Assembly: GCA_049642885.1 (NCBI GenBank)
Contig: JBARPG010000102.1
Span: 1 to 45,435 of the forward strand
Length of the DNA stretch: 45,435 bases
From: Acidimicrobiia bacterium
GTDB lineage: Bacteria; Actinomycetota; Acidimicrobiia; IMCC26256; JBARPG01
Reading direction: 5' to 3'
In this document: piece by piece, positions 28,451-37,422 of the stretch
How positions within the stretch are numbered: the first letter of the stretch is position 1
Layout of the letters: the number at the start of each line of letters is the position of its first letter
Notes under the pieces: generated by a model
Seen by the model: only the letters and a program-made list of their open reading frames with translations
What the model was told of the DNA's origin: nothing
Database searches by the model: none
Made by a program: the position numbers and the translations under genes

Positions 28451-29159
28451 TTGGACGTCAGCTCATGTGGAGGCGCGTCGTCCGATACGGTCACACCAAT
28501 CCAGGGAATTACTGCGATTGCCGAATCGGGCGAGCCAGGCGTGCAGGCCAGCCTGCGCTACGCGACTCAGCAGGAATTCAATGAACGGGGCGCGTGGTTG
28601 ATCATTGACATCGTGATGCCAACCGAGACGCGGTCAATCGATATTGCCGACAACGGGCGCTGCGCGTATATGCGAAGGCTTGGCACCGGAAGGCTCAGAT
28701 TCCCCGACCCAACCACCCTCGCCGTCATGCTCGACGGTTTCGAAGTCGGCGAAGGCTATTTCGCGGTCGTCGATCTGAAGACAATGCCCGAACATTTCGT
28801 CGACTCAGACCTGAGCGCGAGCGCCCCGTCAACCGGACCGGTCACCCGCAACAACGTGTCTCCATCCGCAGTGTTCGAAACCAGCAATGGGGGTCGCTAC
28901 TGGGAATACCTGCCGACTCTGAACGAATACGGCGCGGTCGACTTTCGTCCCGTGGCTGAAGATGGCGAGGGAACGGCGGAGATTCTCGACCCCGCGTGGT
29001 TTCCGATCTTTCAGATCGATTCCGACCATTGGCTCGCACAGGAATCGGCACCTGCTCGGGTGGCCAACGAAGGGCGACGTCGGCACGCACATCATCGACC
29101 TGTTCGACAGCACCGCGGTTCCCATCGAGATCACCCCACCGGCTGTGCTCCAGAAGTAA
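28451..29159 (+). pseudogene. Hypothetical protein gene with an apparent +1 frameshift near 29040-29075 (or an assembly indel)
   Basis: The frame of ORF 28451.. has protein-like sequence and GC-rich third positions up to about 29040. It then degenerates to RRRHAHHRPVRQHRGSHRDH with AT-ending codons. The frame of ORF 28962.. becomes strongly GC3-biased from about 29050 (GWPTKGDVGTHIIDLFDSTAVPIEITPPAVLQK-stop at 29159). The TTG start at 28451 is tentative. Confidence 0.45.
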
Positions 29160-29227
29160 CTCGCGAGACCCCTCACCCCCGCGCTGAAATCGGCGAGACT
29201 GTGCGCTGACCGAGGGGGTGTCATCGC

Positions 29228-30922
29228 GTGGGGTTCATGAAACCGGATCAGCCAGAGTTCAACGTCGAGGAATGGCGCGCGCTCCCCTACCCGGAACGCC
29301 TTCGCCTCATGTGCGTTACCTGGTGCACCCAAGGTTTCGGCGCACCGGATGCGGTGTACATCTTGTACATCATGAAGATCGCGCTCTACATCGCCATCTT
29401 CTTCGTGTTCACCGCACTCACCCCATCGCTCGGCGGGCCCGCATCATTCAGCTCGTGGTGGTCGTCACCACTGGCATTCGAAAAAGCGATTCTTTGGACG
29501 ATGATGTTCGAAGTGATGGGCTTTGGCTGTGGCAGCGGACCGCTGACCGGCCACTACGGACCGATGTTCCCTGCGATGCGTCATTGGCTCCGCCCCGGCA
29601 CCGTTCGACTGCGACCGTTCGCGTGGATTCCGTTCACGAGCGGACGCCGCCGCACATGGTTCGACGTCGCGCTCTACGCGTCAGTCCTTACGCTGCTGCT
29701 TCGGGCGATGCTCGCAAGCGACCTGCACCGTGGCGAACTCCTCCCGATCATCCTCGTGCTGTGCGTGCTCGGGCTTCGCGACAAGACCATCTTCCTCGCC
29801 GCTCGCTCCGAGCACTACTTGCTCACCGCGTTCGTCTTCCTGTTTCCAGCCGACATCATCCCAGGAGCGAAATCCATCCAGCTCTTGCTCTGGCTCGGTG
29901 CTGCGACCTCAAAACTGAACCATCATTTTCCGAATGTCATCGCGGTCATGCAATCGAACAGTCCGATCCAGCGATCGAAACGCGTGCGTCGCGCGCTGTA
30001 CCGCAACTACCCCGATGACCTCCGAGGCTCACGGCTTTCGGCAGGGATCGGCCACGGCGCGACAGCGGTCGAGTACGCGTTTCCGCTCATCCTCGCCTTC
30101 ACCGGTGCCGGGCCAGTGCACACGGTCGCCTTGGTCGTGATGGTGCTCTTCCATATCAACATCCTCTTCAGCATCCCGATGGGTGTGCCGCTCGAATGGA
30201 ACGTCATGTTCATCTACTCGGGACTCGTGCTTTTCGGCGCGCACGGCGACGTGCATTTCTGGGATATTCATTCCCCGCTGGTGGCGATCGCGATCATCGC
30301 GGTCGCGCTGATCGGGCCCATCTACGGGAACCTGCGTCCCGAGAAGATTTCCTTTCTTCCCGCCATGCGTTACTACGCGGGAAACTGGGCCGCGAGCGTT
30401 TGGATGTTTCGACCGGGGACGATGGAGCGACTCGATGAGTGCATTACCAAGGCTGCGCCCCTACACCGAATCCAACTCGAGGGAAACATCGAACCGGGGA
30501 CGATGGATGTCACCATGTCACGTGGCCAAGCTTTTCGTGCCATGCATCTTCACGGTCGTGCGCTCTACACCTTGCTTCCCGAGATGTACCACGATCTGCT
30601 CGCCGATGACCCTCGGATTGCCGAACTCGGTCCCGATGCATTCGAAATGATCGACGGCGAAATGGTCGCAGGCCTCGTGCTCGGCTGGAATTTCGGTGAC
30701 GGACATCTTCACGATGAACAACTTCTCGCAGCAATCCAAGAGCAGTGCGATTTTCAGCCGGGCGATCTGCGTTGCCTATTCCTCGAATCGCAGCCAATCC
30801 ATCAACAGCGAATGCACTGGCGCGTTGTCGACGCAGCAACCGGTCCCATCAGCGGGGGTGACATCGCCGTTCGGGACCTGCTCGAATTGCAACCATGGGG
30901 CGCACGCGCGGTGAACACATGA
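29228..30922 (+). CDS. Large polytopic membrane protein of unknown function (size and architecture reminiscent of DUF3556)
   Basis: A 564-aa ORF with many hydrophobic spans and a soluble C-terminal region of about 170 aa. GAGGGGG lies upstream of GTG 29228. The stop overlaps the next start (ATGA). The DUF3556 assignment is from memory of that family's length and taxonomy and is unverified. Confidence 0.7.
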   Translation: MGFMKPDQPEFNVEEWRALPYPERLRLMCVTWCTQGFGAPDAVYILYIMKIALYIAIFFVFTALTPSLGGPASFSSWWSSPLAFEKAILWTMMFEVMGFGCGSGPLTGHYGPMFPAMRHWLRPGTVRLRPFAWIPFTSGRRRTWFDVALYASVLTLLLRAMLASDLHRGELLPIILVLCVLGLRDKTIFLAARSEHYLLTAFVFLFPADIIPGAKSIQLLLWLGAATSKLNHHFPNVIAVMQSNSPIQRSKRVRRALYRNYPDDLRGSRLSAGIGHGATAVEYAFPLILAFTGAGPVHTVALVVMVLFHINILFSIPMGVPLEWNVMFIYSGLVLFGAHGDVHFWDIHSPLVAIAIIAVALIGPIYGNLRPEKISFLPAMRYYAGNWAASVWMFRPGTMERLDECITKAAPLHRIQLEGNIEPGTMDVTMSRGQAFRAMHLHGRALYTLLPEMYHDLLADDPRIAELGPDAFEMIDGEMVAGLVLGWNFGDGHLHDEQLLAAIQEQCDFQPGDLRCLFLESQPIHQQRMHWRVVDAATGPISGGDIAVRDLLELQPWGARAVNT

Positions 30923-32346
30923 GTGACCGCAGCAGCGCGGTTGTCGTCGGATCAGGACCGAATGGTTTGTCGGCAGCGATCGTGCTCGCGCAAGCTGGAC
31001 TGTCCGTCACGGTGCTCGAAGCACACGAGAACATTGGCGGCGGCACTCGCACGGCGGAGTTGACCGTTCCCGGCGTGCTGCACGATGTGTGCTCGGCCGT
31101 TCATCCATTCGGTGCGGCCTCGCCATTCTTTCGATCCCTTCCGCTCGCAGACCACGGGCTCACCTGGTGCGCCCCCGAGATCGACTTGGCACATCCTCTC
31201 GACGGTGATTGTGCTGCGGTGATGGTCCGTTCGATTGATGACACGGTGCGCGGCTTGGGCGCCGACGGTCGGAAATGGCGACGATCATTCGGCACGCTCG
31301 CCGGCGCGTTCGACGACATCACCGACGAGATCTTTCGACCCCTCCTCCACGTACCACGGCATCCCGTCATGCTCGCTCGGTTTGGTATGGGCGCGCTGCA
31401 GCCAGCATCGATATATGCGCGCCGCTTCAAGACGACCGAGGCGCGAGCGCTGTTCGCTGGCGCGGCCGCCCATGCGATTCAACCCCTCACCCAGTTCGGC
31501 ACGTCAGCACCGGGCATTTCGCTCCTGGCGGCGGGGCATCGTTTCGGTTGGCCGGTAGCGCAAGGCGGATCTCACTCCATCACCAACGCGCTCGCCAGCT
31601 ACTTCCGATCGCTCGGAGGTGTGATCGAAACGGGTGTCGAGATTCGTACGGCTGCCGACTTGCCCGATGCGGCGATCACCATCTTCGATACGAGTCCGCG
31701 CGCCGTTGCGCGCATTCTCGATGACGCTCTGCCCTCACAAACGCGCCGTGCGTACCGCAAGTGGAAGTACGGACCCGGGGCATACAAGATCGACCTTGCG
31801 ATTGAAGGCGGCGTCCCGTGGTCTGCCGAGGCGTGTCGAGGTGCGGGGACGGTGCATGTGGGTGGCACCTTTGAGGAAATCGCGGACGCAGAGGCGACCG
31901 TTACCCACGGAGCGATACCTGAGCGACCATTTGTGCTGCTCGCGCAGCAATACCTTGCCGACCCATCACGGTCGAATGGGAATGTGCACCCGGTTTGGGC
32001 ATACACGCACGTGCCGAACGGATTCACGGGCGATGCGACCGACGCGATTCTGAATCAGATCGAACGCTTCGCCCCCGGCACCCGTGAACGCATCGTCGCG
32101 ATGCACACCACCTCGCCGATCGCATTCGAGCAGTACAACGCGAACTACGTCGGCGGAGATATCGCCACCGGGCAGAACTCGCTGCGCCAAATGTTGTTCC
32201 GACCGGGCCCGTCACTGCACCCGTACGCAACCGGCAGGCACGGGACGTTTCTGTGCTCAGCGGCCACCCCTCCTGGCGCGGGAGTGCATGGGATGGGCGG
32301 ATATCACGCGGCAACTGCTGCCCTCGCTGCAATGAAGCTCACGTGA
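30919..32346 (+). CDS. Phytoene-desaturase (CrtI)-family FAD-dependent oxidoreductase (COG1233-like)
   Basis: ATG 30919 forms an ATGA overlap with the previous gene. The dinucleotide-binding N-terminus is AVVVGSGPNGLSAAIVLAQAGLSVTVLEAHENIGGG, and the C-terminal block is YVGGDIATG...LFRPG...FLCSAATPPGAGVHGMGGYHAA. Confidence 0.85.
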   Translation: MSDRSSAVVVGSGPNGLSAAIVLAQAGLSVTVLEAHENIGGGTRTAELTVPGVLHDVCSAVHPFGAASPFFRSLPLADHGLTWCAPEIDLAHPLDGDCAAVMVRSIDDTVRGLGADGRKWRRSFGTLAGAFDDITDEIFRPLLHVPRHPVMLARFGMGALQPASIYARRFKTTEARALFAGAAAHAIQPLTQFGTSAPGISLLAAGHRFGWPVAQGGSHSITNALASYFRSLGGVIETGVEIRTAADLPDAAITIFDTSPRAVARILDDALPSQTRRAYRKWKYGPGAYKIDLAIEGGVPWSAEACRGAGTVHVGGTFEEIADAEATVTHGAIPERPFVLLAQQYLADPSRSNGNVHPVWAYTHVPNGFTGDATDAILNQIERFAPGTRERIVAMHTTSPIAFEQYNANYVGGDIATGQNSLRQMLFRPGPSLHPYATGRHGTFLCSAATPPGAGVHGMGGYHAATAALAAMKLT

Positions 32347-32353
32347 AATAGAC

Positions 32354-32378
32354 GTGCCTCCGAAGAAGCGCGAGGCAC
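32354..32378 (+). terminator. Hairpin directly after the CrtI-like gene (candidate terminator)
   Basis: GTGCCTC (32354-32360) pairs perfectly with GAGGCAC (32372-32378) across an 11-nt loop, 8 nt after the stop codon. Only a weak A/T tract follows. Confidence 0.3.
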
Positions 32379-32413
32379 AAATTGCGGCGGACTTCACGAA
32401 ATAGCGGTCTCCT

Positions 32414-32441
32414 GCAAACAAGGCTGCGGCCCGTTCGTCTA
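32414..32441 (+). promoter_or_regulatory. ECF-type promoter-like motif upstream of the second ECF sigma gene
   Basis: GCAAAC-N16-CGTCTA resembles the generic ECF GAAC-N16/17-CGTC pattern. A similar GCAACC-N16-GTCTCT lies upstream of the first ECF sigma on the minus strand (21777-21804). Confidence 0.25.
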
Positions 32442-32474
32442 TGTCCATGGAGGGCATGGTCACATGCGGACAAT

Positions 32475-33017
32475 ATGGAAGCATCACTGCGTATGCCGCG
32501 CACGACATCATTGAGATCTACTGCTTCCGTGCGCGACGCGGAGCTTGCGGCCTTCTACCGCGAGCATTCTGAAGACGCGTTCCGCCTGGCGTACCTGACC
32601 TGTCGGGATCACGATCGTGCCGCCGATATTGCAGCAGAGGCGATGGAGCGCGTCGTCGCGAACTGGGAGACGCAACGCCCCGAATACCCCAAGGCATACC
32701 TCCGCAGGCTCATCGTGAACATCACAATCGATCAGGGTAGGCGGCGGCACAACTTCGGACTTCGCCTGCCGAAGATCGTTAGCCCGACGACGGCAGTCGA
32801 CCACATCGCCGCGGTCGACGATCGCAGCGCACTTGCACATGCGCTCGACGAACTCGCACCGAACGCGCGCGCCGCGATCGTGCTCCGCTATTGGTTCGAT
32901 CAATCGGTCGATGAAATCGCAACGACGATGGACGTTCCACGCGGCACCGTCGGCACGCTGCTGTCGCGATCCCTCCCCGTGTTACACAAGCATCTCGACA
33001 ACGGAGAATCACAATGA
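32475..33017 (+). CDS. ECF (group 4) sigma-70 family factor
   Basis: Region 2 (DAFRLAYLTCRDHDRAADIAAEAMERV) and region 4 (LAPNARAAIVLRYWFDQSVDEIATTMDVPRGTVGTLLSRS) are present. 32475 is the first in-frame ATG, so the start is uncertain. Confidence 0.85.
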   Translation: MEASLRMPRTTSLRSTASVRDAELAAFYREHSEDAFRLAYLTCRDHDRAADIAAEAMERVVANWETQRPEYPKAYLRRLIVNITIDQGRRRHNFGLRLPKIVSPTTAVDHIAAVDDRSALAHALDELAPNARAAIVLRYWFDQSVDEIATTMDVPRGTVGTLLSRSLPVLHKHLDNGESQ

Positions 33018-34723
33018 ACGATGACGCGCTCGACCGAATGATCCGCTCGGCACTTGAGCGAGAGCCGAATTGTGAGGCGCCAGCCAAACTCGAGCGTCAG
33101 TTCAGATCTCGCGTGAACGCCAGCGCCCGCCGCCAACGCTCACGTCGGAGCGTCGGAGCGGTTGTCACACTCGCGGCCATGGTCGCCGGGGTGCTCGTGC
33201 TGAAGTCCGCGACGGCCGACCGAACCGTGCGCGTCGCAACGCCGAGTCCACGCCCTGTGGACACACAGGTTGTTCACACGCTGCTTACGCCGGTGCCGTG
33301 CGCAACCGATCTCGGTGAGCATGGACTGCCGCCCACCAGTCCCGCCGAGCTCCCCCGAAACAGGATGGTCACATTCCTGCGCTCCCAACTTGGAAAGCCC
33401 TATCAATACGGAGGGGTGGGACCGGATGCTTTCGACGCAAGTGGCTTAGTCATGCACGCACTCGAACAGGTGCAGATTCCTGTACCGCACAACGCCAAGG
33501 CGCAGGGCACGATGTTCCCCGAAGTCACCAGGCGGGATGCACAACCGGGCGACCTCTTGATGTTCAAAGGCGGCGGGCACATCGGCGTGTACATCGGCGA
33601 CGGCCAGATGATTCACGCGGCGGGGACTGGCAGCGTCGTCAAGATCGAATCGGCCGATCGCGACGGTTTGACGCGCATTTCACGTCCTCCGTACGACCTT
33701 CAGGAATGCAGTGCAACGGCGAAGAGCACCCCGATCGATGTGCGCTGGACGAGACCCCCGAATGTGAGCACCGCCCAGGGACTGCGAACCGACTGCCTTG
33801 AAGCCGGACGCGTCATGGATGCACCGCCCAACAAGTTCTCGAGCGCGTCCTCAGAGTGGGTATCCAACCACAACAAACAATCGGCGCAGCCGTACCGATA
33901 TCAGTCACGGTACGTACAGGTCGCGGAGGTCGACGGTGCCAACACCTATCGCCTCGTTGTTCGCGATTTCAAAGACGCCTCCGTGATGATCGACGTGGGC
34001 TGGCTCCCGCGAGGAACGGTTGCTCTACAAACCGGTCGCAGCCATAGTGGAGGCCAGGCATTTGTGAGCGTTCAAGACAATCCGGCGGGAACCACCGCGA
34101 CACTGATTGTGAATCTCGCGAATGGGACACTCGCACCGAGTCGCCCCGCCGGGCTCGTCGCGAGCAGCGGACGCGGCGGCACATCTGCCTCCGTACGTTA
34201 CGCGACGGATCGTGAAGAACAGCAAGACCACAGTTACATCGTCTTGGAACTTCAACTGCCGAAACAGCGCGTGACGGTGCCGTTTGTCGATACGCGCAAT
34301 TGTGGATTTCGAGCATACGAGCCTACGGGCGAATTGCGATTCATCACGCCCACGGAGTTGTCAATTGGGTTGAGCGACGGATCGGGGCGCTCATTTGTTT
34401 CTGTTCGTCTCTCCGAACTCGTCAGCAATTCTGCGAATCTCACCAGTCGGCTCGCTCGAAGTTCTGCGTTCTCATCGTTCGATTGGCCGAAGGGCCTGGC
34501 CTCTCACTACACACCTATGTTTCAGGTAGATACGACGCGCTGGTTCGTATACGACCGCCGCATTGGTCGGCTACCCGATGGCAACACATATTCAGACCTC
34601 CTCATTGACCTTGCTCATCCCCACTCCCCTCCCGACAAAAGTCACCGGCTGATACTCGACCTCAATTCGATGGGCAGCAGATTCTTCGGTAGTGGTGCGC
34701 CTGGCGCCGTCGGATTTGGGTAA
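33014..34723 (+). CDS. Single-pass membrane protein (putative anti-sigma partner) with extracytoplasmic NlpC/P60-like domain lacking the catalytic Cys, plus an unknown C-terminal domain of about 350 aa
   Basis: ATGA overlap with the sigma stop. A short cytoplasmic N-terminus is followed by the TM VGAVVTLAAMVAGVLVLK. The NlpC/P60 blocks are GKPYQYGGVGPDAFDASGLV, where the canonical sequence is D-C-S-G, and GDLLMFKGGGHIGVYIGDGQMIHA. Confidence 0.75.
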   Translation: MNDDALDRMIRSALEREPNCEAPAKLERQFRSRVNASARRQRSRRSVGAVVTLAAMVAGVLVLKSATADRTVRVATPSPRPVDTQVVHTLLTPVPCATDLGEHGLPPTSPAELPRNRMVTFLRSQLGKPYQYGGVGPDAFDASGLVMHALEQVQIPVPHNAKAQGTMFPEVTRRDAQPGDLLMFKGGGHIGVYIGDGQMIHAAGTGSVVKIESADRDGLTRISRPPYDLQECSATAKSTPIDVRWTRPPNVSTAQGLRTDCLEAGRVMDAPPNKFSSASSEWVSNHNKQSAQPYRYQSRYVQVAEVDGANTYRLVVRDFKDASVMIDVGWLPRGTVALQTGRSHSGGQAFVSVQDNPAGTTATLIVNLANGTLAPSRPAGLVASSGRGGTSASVRYATDREEQQDHSYIVLELQLPKQRVTVPFVDTRNCGFRAYEPTGELRFITPTELSIGLSDGSGRSFVSVRLSELVSNSANLTSRLARSSAFSSFDWPKGLASHYTPMFQVDTTRWFVYDRRIGRLPDGNTYSDLLIDLAHPHSPPDKSHRLILDLNSMGSRFFGSGAPGAVGFG

Positions 34724-34846
34724 TTACGCGGCAATGGACGCGTGTCGCCGCGGGGACTTTGCAACTGATCGTCAGTACATTGAGAGCAAGCGTTCGGTAC
34801 CGACACTGCCGGGCCAGAAATGAACGAGCAGCATCGGGGGGCATAG

Positions 34847-35107
34847 ATGTATTGGCGAGAACACATGTTTGCGGGCCATTGGATCTTCGGGCTCATCATG
34901 ATGCTGATCTTCTGGGCGCTCGTTGCTTGGGCGGTGATCGCTCTTGTTCGCTCGAACCGCGGCCAGCAAATGCATGGCATGCGCCACCACGGTGGGGCAG
35001 CGTCAGCAGAACAGAGCTTGGCGGATCGCTTTGCGCGCGGCGAGATTGAGGCCGACGAGTTCCGATCTCGGGCCCAAGCGCTCCGCGAGCTGCATCCTCA
35101 CAGCTAG
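34847..35107 (+). CDS. SHOCT-domain small membrane protein
   Basis: GGGGGG SD is upstream. One TM (HWIFGLIMMLIFWALVAWAVIALV) is followed by the C-terminal LADRFARGEIEADEFRSRAQAL, which fits the SHOCT pattern. Confidence 0.7.
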   Translation: MYWREHMFAGHWIFGLIMMLIFWALVAWAVIALVRSNRGQQMHGMRHHGGAASAEQSLADRFARGEIEADEFRSRAQALRELHPHS

Positions 35108-35131
35108 TTTCATGGGGGATTTCGGCATCCG

Positions 35132-35152
35132 CGCGCACATCAGTGGTGCGCG
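35132..35152 (+). terminator. Hairpin between the SHOCT gene and the CDF-like gene
   Basis: CGCGCAC (35132-35138) pairs perfectly with GTGCGCG (35146-35152) across a 7-nt loop. There is no U-tract. It could be a terminator, attenuator or processing site. Confidence 0.2.
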
Positions 35153-35155
35153 TGA

Positions 35156-35803
35156 TTGAGTGGTGTCCCCACGACAGAAGCGAACACCGTGCCCACCTTC
35201 GACGATGAACAACATGAGGCCCTGCACCTCGGCGAGCGATTGCAGTGGGCCACCATCGCATGGAATCTCATGGAGGTCGTGGTCACAATCTGGCTCGGCC
35301 TGCGCGCCAACTCGCTCGCCCTGATCGCGTTTGGGCTCGACTCAGTCGTCGAAGTCTTCGCATCGCTTGTGGTCATCTGGTACATCGCTGACCACGACTC
35401 CAACAGGCGGGCGCTGCGAGCGATGCGGCTCGTCGCCATCGCATTCGCAGTGCTTGGCATCTACCTCGTCGCCGCTGGCATCTCGAGCCTCGTCGGCGGA
35501 TCAGCAGCGGAGGCTTCTCCATGGGGAATCGCATACCTCGCGCTGACTGCCATCGCGATGTTCACCTTGGCGATTCTGAAACGGAAGGCCGCGCGCACCG
35601 CAGGAAGTCCGCCGCTGGCGGCCGAAGCATCAATGACGTTCCTCGACGGATGCCTTGCATCGGGCATTCTCGTGGCATTGGTGTTGAGCGCGACGCTCGA
35701 ACTCTGGTGGGCCGACCCAGCAGCCGCACTCCTCGTCGCCGCCTTTTGTTTCCGCGCCGCCATCGATTCGTGGCGTGAAGGACAGCCTGCGCCGGGTACA
35801 TGA
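35156..35803 (+). CDS. Cation-diffusion-facilitator-like membrane protein (TMD only)
   Basis: Six predicted hydrophobic spans. SLALIAFGLDSVVEVFASL loosely resembles the CDF TM2 metal-site region. There is no cytoplasmic C-terminal domain. The TTG start is tentative. Confidence 0.5.
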   Translation: MSGVPTTEANTVPTFDDEQHEALHLGERLQWATIAWNLMEVVVTIWLGLRANSLALIAFGLDSVVEVFASLVVIWYIADHDSNRRALRAMRLVAIAFAVLGIYLVAAGISSLVGGSAAEASPWGIAYLALTAIAMFTLAILKRKAARTAGSPPLAAEASMTFLDGCLASGILVALVLSATLELWWADPAAALLVAAFCFRAAIDSWREGQPAPGT

Positions 35804-35860
35804 GATTCGGGCTACGACCAACGTTCGGTCCCAGGGACACCGTCGGCGCCAAAAATGCGC

Positions 35861-35913
35861 GCCAGCGACCGCGGTTGAGTCGGAATGTCGATGGTCAGCT
35901 TCTGGTCGCTGGC
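35861..35913. terminator. 10-bp perfect inverted repeat between convergent genes
   Basis: GCCAGCGACC (35861-35870) and GGTCGCTGGC (35904-35913) are separated by a 33-nt spacer. The repeat lies between the CDF-like stop (35803) and the USP stop (35922). Confidence 0.2.
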
Positions 35914-35921
35914 CAATACGT

Positions 35922-36353
35922 TCACTCGGAGTGCGGAACGACAACCACCGGAATTGAGGACTGCTCAAGCAGGCGCTGCGTGGTGCTGCCAACGAGCAAT
36001 TCGCGCAGCGGGCTCAGGCCGCGAGCGCCAATCACGATGAGGTCGCAATGCTCAGAAGTCGCTACTGCCAGCACGCCAGCCGCGGGTGCGTCTTCGACGA
36101 GGCGGGTCTCGTAGTCGATACCGGCTGCTCGAAGCGCCTCGGTCCATTCCGAATCCAGGAGTTCCTGCGCGTGGCGTGCATGAGATGCGAAATCAACGGG
36201 CGGGGCAACCTTCCCAAGCAGTGCCAAGGGTTCGAACACGTGCACAGCGACGATCTTCGCTCCACACGCGCCCGCCAGGTCGGCTCCGACCTTCATTGCG
36301 TGCATGCTGTTCGGCGAGCCGTCTGTCGCTATAGCGAATATGCGTTGAGTCAT
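35922..36353 (-). CDS. Universal stress protein (UspA family)
   Basis: IFAIATDGSPNSMHAM...KIVAVHV...DLIVIGARGLSPLRELLVGSTTQRLLEQSSIPVVVVP. ATGA overlap with the TerC stop. Confidence 0.85.
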   Translation of the reverse strand: MTQRIFAIATDGSPNSMHAMKVGADLAGACGAKIVAVHVFEPLALLGKVAPPVDFASHARHAQELLDSEWTEALRAAGIDYETRLVEDAPAAGVLAVATSEHCDLIVIGARGLSPLRELLVGSTTQRLLEQSSIPVVVVPHSE

Positions 36354-37363
36354 GAATCACTCCCGGTCGAATGCTCAGGTTGAATGGACGGTGTGCCGAC
36401 CCCTTTCGTTGCACGCAACGAAAGCACGATTGTGACCGTGAGCGCAATGGCGATGACTCCCAGCGAAATAAAGGGATCGATGTGGTACCACTTGGACGCG
36501 ATCATCTTGCAGCCCACATAGAACAGGATGACGCCGAGACCTTTGTTGAGGTAGATCAATCGATCGCGCATTCCTTCGAGCAAGAAATACAGTGCGCGAA
36601 GCCCAAGGATCGCCATCGCGTTTGAGCTGAACACAATGAACCGATCGCGGCTGACCGCCAAGATCGCCGGGACCGAATCAACTGCGAAGACCACGTCGGT
36701 GGCTTCGATCATGATCAGCACGACGAACAGCGGGGTCGCCATCCGTTTCGCATTCTGCCGAGTGAAGAGTTTCTGCCCGTCGTACTCCGACGTGACCGGA
36801 ATGAACCGACGCACCAGTTTGAGCAGTGGATTGTTCTCGGGATGGATCTCCCCCGAATCGTGGGTCGCGACACGAACTGCGGTCAGGAGAAGGAGGCCGC
36901 CGAATACGAACAGCATCCATTCGAAAGATTCAAGCAACTGTGCGCCTGCCGCGATGAAAACCGCGCGCATGACAAGCGCCCCGAAAATCCCCCAAAAGAG
37001 CACACGATGTTGGTACTTGCCCGGTACCGAGAAGTAACTGAAAATCACGGCCCAGACGAAGACGTTGTCTATTGACAGCGACTTCTCAATGACCCAACCG
37101 GTCAGGTATTGCGTAGCAGCCGTGCCCCCATTGTCGAGCACTCCCCAGAGCACAAGCGAGAATGACAGCGCGATCGTGATCCAGATTGCCGAGCTGATTG
37201 CGGCCTCACGCATCGAAATGGCATGGGCGTCGCGATGCAACACCAGGAGGTCCACCAGCAACATGACGACTACGCCGCCAAGAAATGCGATCCACAACCA
37301 GACGGGAACATGAAACTGCACATCGGCGCCTCGGCCACCGGCGGCCAGTATTGAAGAGGTCAT
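36350..37363 (-). CDS. TerC-family integral membrane protein
   Basis: The duplicated TerC signature is present: IEKSLSIDNVFVWAVIF and EATDVVFAVDSVPAILAVS. The protein is polytopic. Confidence 0.9.
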   Translation of the reverse strand: MTSSILAAGGRGADVQFHVPVWLWIAFLGGVVVMLLVDLLVLHRDAHAISMREAAISSAIWITIALSFSLVLWGVLDNGGTAATQYLTGWVIEKSLSIDNVFVWAVIFSYFSVPGKYQHRVLFWGIFGALVMRAVFIAAGAQLLESFEWMLFVFGGLLLLTAVRVATHDSGEIHPENNPLLKLVRRFIPVTSEYDGQKLFTRQNAKRMATPLFVVLIMIEATDVVFAVDSVPAILAVSRDRFIVFSSNAMAILGLRALYFLLEGMRDRLIYLNKGLGVILFYVGCKMIASKWYHIDPFISLGVIAIALTVTIVLSLRATKGVGTPSIQPEHSTGSDS

Positions 37364-37422
37364 CGACGCAATCTAGATGTCAGACTTGTCGGAGACTCCG
37401 TCGCGACGAAGCAGTCTCATGC

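Noticed and set aside
28962-29159. ORF 28962..29159 as an independent 65-aa gene
   Set aside because: Its first 25 codons or so (RERRRFSTPRGFRSFRS) look like an out-of-frame reading of the upstream gene. Only the last 35 codons or so look coding. It is better explained as the displaced 3' part of the 28451 gene after a frameshift.
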